Shown one piece after another: positions 15,001 to 20,168 of a stretch of DNA of 64,000 bases. Numbering within the stretch: the first letter of the stretch is position 1; each line of letters begins with the position of its first letter. This stretch comes from Thermoanaerobaculia bacterium. GTDB lineage: Bacteria > Acidobacteriota > Thermoanaerobaculia > Multivoradales > Multivoraceae. The stretch is taken from positions 24,415-88,414 of the forward strand of contig OZ241363.1 in NCBI GenBank assembly GCA_965200575.1, written 5' to 3'. The notes below the pieces were generated by a model. It was not told the DNA's origin and made no database searches. It saw nothing but the letters and a program-made list of their open reading frames with translations. The position numbers and the translations under genes are program-made.

Positions 15001-18000
15001 GGCGTCGGGTTCGGACTATTCGTCTTCGAGCGGCACGCTGACGTTCACGCCGTCGAACTGGAACACGGCTCAGACGGTTTCGGTGTCGATCACGGACGAT
15101 TCGTCGTCGGAGAGCGACGAGACGTTCACGTTGGCTCTGAGCGAGGCGACCGGCGGTTCGGCGGTGTCGGCGACGGCGTCATCGGTCGAGACAACGATCA
15201 CGGACAACGACGATTCGACGCCGACGAAGGTGACGAACCTTCAGGTGAGTCCCGGCAATGGGTCGTTGAACGTGAGCTGGACGGCAGCGAGCGCAGCGCC
15301 GAACGGTTACAGCGTGCGCTGGCGCGCTCGCGGTCAGGGTTTGCTGTCTCCGATCAACGAGGTGGACGGCACGTCGTTCACGATTCCGAATCTGACCAAC
15401 GGCAGGACATACGTGGTGCGTGTGGACACGCGCAACGCTGCGGACAACGGCGTGCATCCGGGCACGAACGTGGTCGTTCTCGGCACGCCGGTGGGGACGG
15501 CGGCGTTCAATGTGAACGGTCCGTCATCGGTGGGCGAAGGCGCGGGGACGGCCAGATACAGGGTGTCTCTGACCTCTCGGCCCGTTGCGGCGGTGACGGT
15601 GAAGTACGCGACCTCGAACGGCACGGCGGAGGCGGGCACGGACTACGCGTCGGCCAGCGGGACGCTGACGTTCACGCCGTCGAACTGGAACAGGGCGCAG
15701 ACGGTCTCGGTGCCGATCATGGACGACTCGGTGGGCGAGTCGGATGAGACGGTGAGTCTGTCGCTCGACACGTTGCCTGCCGCTGGCCTGCCGCCGGGTT
15801 CGACGTCGGTGGTGACGACGATCACGGACAACGACACGGCGCGGTCGGGGCTGGTCGCGATCGAGGGGGTCCATGCGGGGGATGGTGCGCTGACGGTGGT
15901 CTGGGCGCCGCCCTCGGACGTATCTGCCGCCGACGTCGTGGGCTACGAGGTGCGCTACATCGAATCGGGCGTCGATCATGGTGTGGACTCGAACTGGACC
16001 ACGGTTTACGTACCGTGGCCCTTTGGTCCGCTGGAGCACGCGATCGACGGTCTGCGAAACGGCACGAGTTACGACGTTCAGGTGCGGGTCAGGGCATCGG
16101 TGGTCGGCGCCTGGTCGTCGGTGATGCTGGGAGTCCCGGTGGGTGCCGGGGTCAGGGCCTTGCCGCTGGACGTGCCGCTCAGCGGGACGATTCGGGACGG
16201 CGGTTCTGCGGTGGACACGTACAGCCTGGTGCTGAGGGAACGGACGAACCTGGTTCTTCATACCCGCGGTGCGCTTCCCACGGTGGGCAAGCTGTTCAAC
16301 AGTGTCGGCGAGCTGGTCGCCTCTGGGCGGCCCGACGTCTGGCTTGGCGAAGGCGAGCACGGTTTCGTCATCGCCGACACTCTCGAGGCCGAGACGTACC
16401 TCCTGGAGGTCGAGAGCAGCGGATCAGCGGCCGGCGACTACATGATCGAGGCTGCCGTCGACTCTTCGGGGGGCAGGAAGATCAGTCCCGAAGGCGAAGT
16501 CGGCGTGATCGGCGAAGACGAGCTTGGTGCAGCCGCGGACGATGGGGACGTGTACTCGTTCAGCGTACCGAGCGCTCGCGAGGTCATCATTCGCTCGGTC
16601 AGTGCGTTCGACACGGTGGGCGAGATTCGAGGGCCGGACGGCAGGACCGTTTTGGCCTCCAGCGACGACGGTCTGCTTCCGAACGCCCCCAGGGCGTTTC
16701 TGCTGCGGGTTCGGCTTGAAGCCGGCGACTATCAGGTCCGCGTCCGGTTCGATGCCGCCGAGGGCGAGGGCGGCGCCTATCTGCTGCGTGTCGACGAAGT
16801 GCGTGCGCCCGGCAGCTCCCGAGCGGAAGCGCTCGGTCTTGTCCCTGGAGAGGTTGCTGGCGGTCGGTTCGATTCGTCGAGTGACGAGGACTGGTTCAGA
16901 TTCACGTTGGCGGAGGAATCGTCGGTCATCGGGCGGGTGTTGAGCCGAACGACGGAACTCGACGGTGTGCTTTACGACAGTTCTTTCAGGGCAGCCGACG
17001 CACTGTGGTATGAGCAGACGAGCTACGCGGCAGGCGGTCTGACCCTGGTCGATCGTCTGTCGGCGGGGACGTACTACCTGAAGGTAAGGGGTAGCTCGGC
17101 TGGCGGCTACGCGCTGCAGATCGACACGGACGGTTCGAACATCGTCGAGTCCTGCCTGGGGTCGGAGGCGTCTTCGCCGTTCAGCGATCCCTTGTCGAGT
17201 TGCCAGTGGCGCTTGCGGAACACGGGCGCATTCGAGTCGACGCTGGCGGGCGAGGACATTGACGTCCCGAGCGTGTGGGCTTCGGGCAACAAGGGCGAGG
17301 GCGTGTCGGTCGCCGTGGTCGACGACGGGCTGGACGAACAGCACCCGGACCTTGCGCGCAACGTGCACGCTGGTCGCGGCCATGACTACACCGGGGCCGG
17401 TGATCTGTTGCACCCGCTGGCCCGTCACGGCACGGCGGTCGCGGGGATCATTGCGGCTCGCGACGACAACGTTGGAATCAGGGGCGTTGCGCCGCGCGCC
17501 AGGATTCATGGCTACAACCTTCTCCGGAGGTTCAGCACGACGAATCTGGTCGACGCGATGACCCGCCACGTCGGCGCCACGGCAGTGTCGAACAACAGCT
17601 GGGGTTCTCCTGACGGCCCCGGTCTGTCCGGCGCCAGCCGTTCCTGGGAGATGGCGATCGACCGGGGCGTCGAGACCGGCTGGGGCGGCAAGGGAGTCGT
17701 CTACGTATGGGCTGGCGGGAACGGCGGCCGGTTGGCGCCCTCCGGCGGCGAGAACGGCGACAACTCGAATCTTGACGGCCATGCGAACTACTACGGCGTG
17801 ACGGCGGTTTGTGCGGTGGACGGGCGCGGGCAGCGGGCCGACTATTCGGAGAGGGGCGCGAACCTCTGGGTGTGCGCTCCTTCGGACGACGGCGCCGGGC
17901 TTGCTCTGGTGACGACGGACAACTACGGGCGCCACGGTCTTTTCGGCGGCACGTCGGCCGCGGCGGCGACGGTTTCCGGCGTCGTCGCCCTGATGCGTGC

Positions 18001-20092
18001 CGCGAACCCCGATCTGAGCTGGCGTGACGTCAAGCTGATTCTGGCCGGTTCGGCGCGCAGGAACGACGCCACGAGTCAGGGCTGGGCGACCGGTGCTCTG
18101 CAGTACGGATCAAGTGGGAAGCGCTACAGCTTCCATCACGATTACGGGTTTGGCGTGGTCGACGCGCGGGAGGCGGTGGGCCTCGCGGACGGTTGGAGCG
18201 GGGCGCCTGCCCTGCGGCAGACGGTTCCGGTGCTGGCGACGGTGAACCATGCGATTCCGGACGCTGGCGCGGATGGGACTGGCAGCCGCGTCGAGAGCAC
18301 GGCGACCGTCGGGCGTGGGGTCGGCTTCGTCGAGTTCATCGAAGTCGTTGCCACCTTCAACGCGGACGCGTTTCGGGACCTGGACGTGCGGCTCACGTCA
18401 CCATCTGGCGCTGTCTCGATCCTCAGCGTTCCCTACGCGCAGGGTGACGGTACGAGATACCCGCTCAAGGGAGCGTTCCGCTTCGGCTCGTCCCGCCATT
18501 TGGGCGAGGACCCGGCCGGAGTGTGGACGCTTCGTGTGGTCGACGAGGTCAACGGCGGCGGCACGAACATCCTCGAGTCCTGGAGTATGAAGGTCTACGG
18601 TCACGACCCGGACGAGGTCGCCATGGTACCGGGCGCGCCAGGAATCGCCTCGGTGAGGTCCGGCGACGGCAGCCTTGCGGTGTCATGGCGCGCCCCGGCG
18701 GCCACGGGGTCCTCCGCGATCACGTCGTACGATCTGCGCTACCGTCTGAGCGCCGTTGGCAGCAGGTCGGGTGGCGACTGGACGGAGCGACGGGGGGTTT
18801 GGGCAGGGGGACCGCCACGTTACGAGTTGACCGGGCTGACGAACGGGAACGCCTACGAGGTTCAGCTTCGGGCCGTGAACTCGGCCGGCGCAGGCGCCTG
18901 GTCGACTGCGGGTGGCGGAACGCCGACCGGCGGCCGTGGAGTTGACGACGGTGACGGCGAAGATGGCGGCGAAGATGCCGGTGACGGCGGCGGCAGCAGT
19001 CCTCCGCGTGCGTTGATCAGGCTTGATGCCGATTGCCCGGACGACCTCTGCCATGCGGTGACCGGCAGGCCCGTGGTGTTCGAGGATGCGAGCACCGGCG
19101 TACGGTCTCGGGAATGGCAGTTCGGCGACGGCGCAAGGTCGCGCGCTGCGACCGTCAGCCACTCCTGGTCCACGCCGGGGTTCTACGAGGTCACGCTGAC
19201 CGTCAGCGACGGCACGGTCGAGTCGAGGGCGTCCCGGGTGTTCCTCGTCGTTGCCAGCGAACCGGCGGGCGCCTGCGTGGCGGACGAGGGAACGTTGTGT
19301 TCCCAGGACTCCCGCTTCGCCACGACAGTGGATTGGTGGACGCTGGAGGGGGAGACCGGCGCTGGCACGGTGGTTCGCTCGGGAACGAACGACTCCGGCA
19401 TGTTCTGGTTCTACAGCCGCGACAACTGGGAAGTGCTGGTCAAGGTGCTGAACGGCTGCCAGGTGAACGGCGCAGTCTGGGTGTTCGCTGGCTCGACAAC
19501 GGATGTGGGCTATCGGATCGCGGTGGAGGATACGGTGACAGGCGCGGTTCGGGAGTACCGGAACGAGGCCGGCCAGGCGGCGGCGGCGGTCACTGACACG
19601 GGGGCGTTCCCAGGCGGCTGTGTGACTGGCCGTGTCGCGTCGTCGTTGGCCACCTCGGTGGCACAGTGGGGGCCGATGGAGGAGGCGCCTTCGGTCGCAG
19701 ACGTGCCGCGGGCCGAGCTGGACGGGCAGGACGGCTGCACGGACAGCGCGACGTCGCTCTGCCTCCGCGACGGTCGCTACACTGTCACCGTCGACTGGTC
19801 GACTTCGGCGGGTGAATTCGGCCCTGGTCGGGTGGTGTCGGCGAAGAGCGTCGACTCGGGCCTGTTCTACTTCTTCGAGCCGGGCAACTGGGAGATGCTG
19901 GTGAAGGTGCTCGACGGCTGCGCCTTCAACGAACGCCATTGGGTGTTCGCAGCTTCCGCCACGGACCTGGGTTTGAACCTGGTCGTGCGCGACACGGAGA
20001 CCGGCGCCGTGCGGAGCTACACGAAGGAACCTGGCAAGGCAGCTCCGGCGCTGGTCGACGTGGGCGCTTTCCCGGACAGTTGTCGGCCATGA
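2..20092 (+). CDS. Giant multidomain surface protease, 5'-partial: Calx-beta/Ig-like repeats, Fn3, PPC-like domains, two S8 kexin-like peptidase + P domains, PKD, two C-terminal Cys-bracketed domains
   Basis: Frame is open from base 2 (ACG CAG GCT...), so the true start lies upstream of the window. Two complete triads: VVDDG (Asp 2561)/HGTAVAG (His 2675)/GGTS (Ser 3218) and VVDDG (17321)/HGTAVAG (17426)/GGTS (17954). Each is followed by a P domain ending W.LKIYG/WSMKVYG. Calx-beta motifs (YATSDG.A.AGSDY...SGTLTF...ITDD...E.DETF), Fn3 motifs (L.V.W...Y.VRY...L.NG..Y.VQVRA), PKD motif (WQFGDG...SHSWSTPGFYEVTLTVSD). Confidence 0.93.
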   Translation, partial: TQASSEATLSVSGPPSVREDAGSATYRVSLSQMSSEAVTVDYATSDGTTTAGSDYASSSGTLTFAAGSTAAQTVEVSITDDSLDESDETFTFALSGPENASLSTSASSVTTTIGDNDERAVTLSVSSLTVTEGSTGSYTVVLGSQPTGNVTVTPSVAATTDISFTPSSLTFTPSNWGTAQTVTVSAAEDDDSDADAAVTLSHSVSGGDYGSVLAGSVTVTITENDERAVTLSVSSLTVAEGSTGSYTVVLGSQPTGNVTVTPSVPANTDVSFTPSSLTFTPSNWGTAQTVTVSAAEDDDSDADAAVTLSHSVTGGDYGSASADSVTVTITENDMGVVVDAVHAGDEALTVVWTRPADIAAADITSYDVRYILTSASAAARSDDSNWTLTNVPWSFGPLERILTGLTNGSSYDVQVRARATTGGGTVDEWSSTMAGTPKEAGGTTGTGNLLTLDVPLGGSIAAPSGGENDVDVFTFQVAERTNVVLYTRASFSLQGVLRSSGGAALTAENLSRTIVDGEASQFVHSRRLDAGTYHLEVRGSGSGAVGPFEVYAVTEGRELRPGAQIGSMETSQFSQLPDSLGIPYNAYRLTLPKETDVIVFSNSRAFPRGVLVNPDGAQINSSQSIRSRLPGHSGFVLRRRLPAGSHQVWVFTSSFTTDSRYRMHVELVEPPGTTRSAARKVRLGEIVGGRVDAPMDENFFRFTLSRDTTVFARVVSRDSHLDGTLLDSNGAVVNKTWWDQPERISDHGNLLTLADRLEAGTYFLKVTRPNDGQRRGGGYALRVVEDWRSPDCSEINAFAGDANVNDALRGCLWHLKNPGFTQEGMTAVKGEDINVEEVWNKGNFGKDVVIAVVDDGLDHAHPDLRENVEASRNHNYISMKGRKDILYPGDSHGTAVAGIIAARDNEVGLRGVAPQAKIHGFRIFGDGQGTEADFADAMTRHMDVTSISNHSYGPLDGPGLDYASAGWEMAVDQGVRQGNGGKGVFYVLSGGNGGSTDTSAFAFGDYATFSEDATYHAVTAVCALDARGQRADYSEIGPNLWVCAPSHNSNVNPQIFLKSTIGYGGYGDFGGTSGTAPAVSGVAALVRKENANLTWRDVKLILAASARKNDETDSGWEQGASKYNGPGSEKYNFNHQYGFGAVDAKAAVDLAAGWTLLPTFVEAPEVEATVNRNVPDPPSAGAEAGISSTLTVGDDVEFIEFVEVDATFNAPMFRHLTLSLTSPAGKVSTLSVPFGASCEVCGLMGSHRFGSARHLGENPKGTWTLKAVDSVDGGNNEWKSWRLKIYGHRSTPARPTIDTLTPGTDSLTVAWTAPTNVGESAVTSYDLRYIESSKSDADKSDDANWTVASSIWTSGDLEYVLAGLSAGTSYDVQIRAVNAKGSGQWSATGTVSSTAVTAVTVSFGSATYNVTEGSSVGVTVTLSAPPKRSVQISVATTNGSGATAGDYSGVPSSVSFGSEDTSKTFTFEATDDSVDESSETVSLSFGSLPAGVSAGTTSTSTVTITDNDTRAVTLSATSLTVTEGSTGSYTVVLGSQPTADVTVTPSVPDSTDVSFTPSSLTFTSSTWSTAQTVTVSAAEDDDAAADAAVTLSHAVSGGDYGSVSVGSVTVTITENDAATFSVSGPSSVAESAGTATYSVSLSAQPGADVTVKYATSDGSAAAGSDYSSSSGTLTFTPSNWNTAQTVSVSITDDSSSESDETFTLALSEASSGSALSTSASSVETTITDNDTRGVTLSATSLTVTEGSTGSYTVVLGSQPTADVTVTPSVPDSTDVSFTPSSLTFTSSTWSTAQTVTVSAAEDDDAAADAAVTLSHAVSGGDYGSVSVGSVTVTITENDAATFSVSGPASVAEGAGTATYSVSLSAQPGADVTVKYATSDGSAAAGSDYSSSSGTLTFTPSNWNTAQTVSVSITDDSSSESDETFTLALSEASSGSALSTSASSVETTITDNDESTPTKVTNLQVSPGNGLLNVTWTAASVAPNGYSVRWRVRGEGLLSPINEVDGTSFTIPNLTNGTTYVVRVDTRNAADNGTHPGTNVAAIGTPVGLVLSVTSLTVPEGSSGTYTVKLTTEPTGNVTVTVGGASGDVTVDTNGGTSGNQNTLTFTSSNWDTAQTVTVSAAEDGDVSDDSATLSHTAAGGGYGSVSGGAVSVTVEDNDTRAVTLSVTSLTVPEGGSGTYTLKLTTEPTGNVTVTVGGASGDVTVDTNGGTSGNQDTLTFTSSTWSTAQTVTVSAAEDDDAAADAAVTLSHAVSGGDYGSVTVGSVTVTITENDAATFSVSGPASVAEGAGTATFSVSLSAQPGADVTVKYATSDGSAAAGSDYSSSSGTLTFTPSNWNTAQTVSVSITDDSSSESDETFTLALSEASSGSVLSTSASSVETTITDNDTRGVTLSVATLTVTEGSTGSYTVVLGSQPTADVTVTPSVPDSTDVSFTPSSLTFTSSTWSTAQTVTVSAAEDDDAAADAAVTLSHAVSGGDYGSVSAGSVTVTITENDAATFSVSGPASVAEGAGTATYSVSLSAQPGADVTVKYATSDGSAAAGSDYSSSSGTLTFTPSNWNTAQTVSVSITDDSSSESDETFTLALSEASSGSALSTSASSVETTITDNDESTPTKVTNLQVSPGNGLLNVTWTAASVAPNGYSVRWRVRGEGLLSPINEVDGTSFTIPNLTNGTTYVVRVDTRNAADNGTHPGTNVAAIGTPVGLVLSVTSLTVPEGSSGTYTVKLTTEPTGNVTVTVGGASGDVTVDTNGGTSGNQNTLTFTSSNWDTAQTVTVSAAEDGDVSDDSATLSHTAAGGGYGSVSGGAVSVTVEDNDTRAVTLSVTSLTVPEGGSGTYTLKLTTEPTGNVTVTVGGASGDVTVDTNGGTSGNQDTLTFTSSTWSTAQTVTVSAAEDDDAAADAAVTLSHAVSGGDYGSVSVGSVTVTITENDAATFSVSGPASVAEGAGTATFSVSLSAQPGADVTVKYATSDGSAAAGSDYSSSSGTLTFTPSNWNTAQTVSVSITDDSSSESDETFTLALSEASSGSVLSTSASSVETTITDNDTRGVTLSVATLTVTEGSTGSYTVVLGSQPTADVTVTPSVPDSTDVSFTPSSLTFTSSTWSTAQTVTVSAAEDDDAAADAAVTLSHAVSGGDYGSVTAGSVTVTITENDAATFSVSGPASVAEGAGTATYSVSLSAQPGADVTVKYATSDGSAAAGSDYSSSSGTLTFTPSNWNTAQTVSVSITDDSSSESDETFTFGLSEASSGSALSTTASSVATTITDNDDSTPTKVTNLQVSPGNGSLNVSWTAASEAPHGYSVRWRVRGESLLSPINEVDGTSFTIPNLTNGTTYVVRVDTRNAADNGVHPGTNVVALGTPVGLVLSVTSLTVPEGGSGTYTVKLTSEPTGNVTVTVGGASGDVTVDTNGGASGNQNTLTFTSSNWDTAQTVTVSAAEDGDVSDDSATLSHTAAGGGYGSVSGGAVSVTVEDNDTRAVTLSVTSLTVPEGSTGSYTLVLGSQPTGNVTVTPSVPDSTDVSFTPSSLTFTSSTWSTARTVTVSAAEDDDAAADAAVTLSHAVSGGDYGSVSVGSVTVTITENDTATFSVSGPASVAEGAGTATYSVSLSAQPGADVSVKYATSDGSAASGSDYSSSSGTLTFTPSNWNTAQTVSVSITDDSSSESDETFTLALSEATGGSAVSTTASSVATTITDNDESTPTKVTNLQVSPGNGSLNVSWTAASEAPHGYSVRWRVRGESLLSPINEVDGTSFTIPNLTNGTTYVVRVDTRNAADNGVQPGTNVVALGTPVGVVLSVTSLTVPEGGSGTYTVKLTSEPTGNVTVTVGGASGDVTVDTNGGASGNQNTLTFTSSNWDTARTVTVSAAEDGDVSDDSATLSHTASGGGYGSASGGAVSVTVEDNDTRAVTLSVTSLTVPEGSTGTYTLVLGSQPTADVTVTPSAPENTDVSFTPSSLTFTSSTWSTARTVTVSAAEDDDAAADAAVTLSHAVSGGDYGSVTAGSVTVTITENDTATFSVVGPSSVAEGVGTATYSVSLSAQPGADVSVKYGTSDGSAASGSDYSSSSGTLTFTPSNWDTAQTVSVSITDDSSSESDETFTLALSEATGGSAVSTTASSVATTITDNDESTPTKVTNLQVSPGNGSLSVSWTAASEAPHGYSVRWRVRGQGLLSPVNEVDGTSFTIPNLTNGTTYVVRVDTRNAADNGVQPGTNVVALGTPVGLVLSVTSLTVPEGGSGTYTLKLTSQPTSNVTVTVGGASGDVSVDTNGGASGNQNTLTFTSSNWSTARTVRVSAAEDDDAAADAAVTLGHSVTGGDYGSVTVTITENDTATFSVAGPSSVAEGAGTATYSVSLSAQPGADVTVKYGTSDGSAAAGSDYSSSSGTLTFTPSNWDTAQTVSVSITDDSSSESDETFTLALSEATGGSAVSTTASSVATTITDDDESTPTKVTNLQVSPGNGSLNVSWTAASEAPHGYSVRWRVRGQGLLSPVNEVDGTSFTIPNLTNGTTYVVRVDTRNAADNGVHPGTNVVALGTPVGLVLSVTSLTVPEGGSGTYTVKLTSQPTSNVTVTVGGASGDVTVDTNGGTSGNQNTLTFTSSNWSTARTVRVSAAEDDDAAADAAVTLGHSVTGGDYGSVTVTITENDTATFSVAGPSSVAEGAGTATYSVSLSAQPGADVTVKYGTSDGSAASGSDYSSSSGTLTFTPSNWDTAQTVSVSITDDSSSESDETFTLALSEATGGSAVSTTASSVATTITDDDESTPTKVTNLQVSPGNGSLNVSWTAASEAPHGYSVRWRVRGQGLLSPVNEVDGTSFTIPNLTNGTTYVVRVDTRNAADNGVQPGTNVVALGTPVGLVLSVTSLTVPEGGSRTYTLKLTSQPTGNVTVTVGGASGDVSVDTNGGASGNQNTLTFTSSNWDTARTVRVSAAEDDDAAADAAVTLGHSVTGGDYGSVTVTITENDTATFSVAGPSSVAEGAGTATYSVSLSARPGGNVTVKYGTSDGSAASGSDYSSSSGTLTFTPSNWNTAQTVSVSITDDSSSESDETFTLALSEATGGSAVSATASSVETTITDNDDSTPTKVTNLQVSPGNGSLNVSWTAASAAPNGYSVRWRARGQGLLSPINEVDGTSFTIPNLTNGRTYVVRVDTRNAADNGVHPGTNVVVLGTPVGTAAFNVNGPSSVGEGAGTARYRVSLTSRPVAAVTVKYATSNGTAEAGTDYASASGTLTFTPSNWNRAQTVSVPIMDDSVGESDETVSLSLDTLPAAGLPPGSTSVVTTITDNDTARSGLVAIEGVHAGDGALTVVWAPPSDVSAADVVGYEVRYIESGVDHGVDSNWTTVYVPWPFGPLEHAIDGLRNGTSYDVQVRVRASVVGAWSSVMLGVPVGAGVRALPLDVPLSGTIRDGGSAVDTYSLVLRERTNLVLHTRGALPTVGKLFNSVGELVASGRPDVWLGEGEHGFVIADTLEAETYLLEVESSGSAAGDYMIEAAVDSSGGRKISPEGEVGVIGEDELGAAADDGDVYSFSVPSAREVIIRSVSAFDTVGEIRGPDGRTVLASSDDGLLPNAPRAFLLRVRLEAGDYQVRVRFDAAEGEGGAYLLRVDEVRAPGSSRAEALGLVPGEVAGGRFDSSSDEDWFRFTLAEESSVIGRVLSRTTELDGVLYDSSFRAADALWYEQTSYAAGGLTLVDRLSAGTYYLKVRGSSAGGYALQIDTDGSNIVESCLGSEASSPFSDPLSSCQWRLRNTGAFESTLAGEDIDVPSVWASGNKGEGVSVAVVDDGLDEQHPDLARNVHAGRGHDYTGAGDLLHPLARHGTAVAGIIAARDDNVGIRGVAPRARIHGYNLLRRFSTTNLVDAMTRHVGATAVSNNSWGSPDGPGLSGASRSWEMAIDRGVETGWGGKGVVYVWAGGNGGRLAPSGGENGDNSNLDGHANYYGVTAVCAVDGRGQRADYSERGANLWVCAPSDDGAGLALVTTDNYGRHGLFGGTSAAAATVSGVVALMRAANPDLSWRDVKLILAGSARRNDATSQGWATGALQYGSSGKRYSFHHDYGFGVVDAREAVGLADGWSGAPALRQTVPVLATVNHAIPDAGADGTGSRVESTATVGRGVGFVEFIEVVATFNADAFRDLDVRLTSPSGAVSILSVPYAQGDGTRYPLKGAFRFGSSRHLGEDPAGVWTLRVVDEVNGGGTNILESWSMKVYGHDPDEVAMVPGAPGIASVRSGDGSLAVSWRAPAATGSSAITSYDLRYRLSAVGSRSGGDWTERRGVWAGGPPRYELTGLTNGNAYEVQLRAVNSAGAGAWSTAGGGTPTGGRGVDDGDGEDGGEDAGDGGGSSPPRALIRLDADCPDDLCHAVTGRPVVFEDASTGVRSREWQFGDGARSRAATVSHSWSTPGFYEVTLTVSDGTVESRASRVFLVVASEPAGACVADEGTLCSQDSRFATTVDWWTLEGETGAGTVVRSGTNDSGMFWFYSRDNWEVLVKVLNGCQVNGAVWVFAGSTTDVGYRIAVEDTVTGAVREYRNEAGQAAAAVTDTGAFPGGCVTGRVASSLATSVAQWGPMEEAPSVADVPRAELDGQDGCTDSATSLCLRDGRYTVTVDWSTSAGEFGPGRVVSAKSVDSGLFYFFEPGNWEMLVKVLDGCAFNERHWVFAASATDLGLNLVVRDTETGAVRSYTKEPGKAAPALVDVGAFPDSCRP
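4520..15490 (+). repeat. Intragenic tandem repeat array of near-identical Calx-beta/Ig/Fn3 modules
   Basis: The Fn3 module start (E/D)STPTKVTNLQVSPG recurs at 5858, 7829, 9800, 11084, 12368, 13316, 14264 and 15212 (spacings 1971, 1971, 1284, 1284, 948, 948, 948). A 666-bp sub-period is also visible (4996 vs 5662). Confidence 0.95.
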
Positions 20093-20168
20093 GCCCTGCG
20101 CCGCGAGAGAGAGATCACCGGTGGTTGGCTGTGAACCTGAACACGGTATTTTGAGAGAGGAGACAGTG

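Noticed and set aside
4520-15490. Repeat array as CRISPR or mobile element
   Set aside because: Units are multiples of 3, in-frame protein domains with no unique spacers or terminal repeats.
163-19939. Numerous antisense/alternate-frame ORFs inside the giant gene (e.g. 1922..3865, 16424..17935, 18683..19939)
   Set aside because: Arg/His-rich shadow ORFs from GC-rich codon bias; they repeat with the array and carry no motifs.
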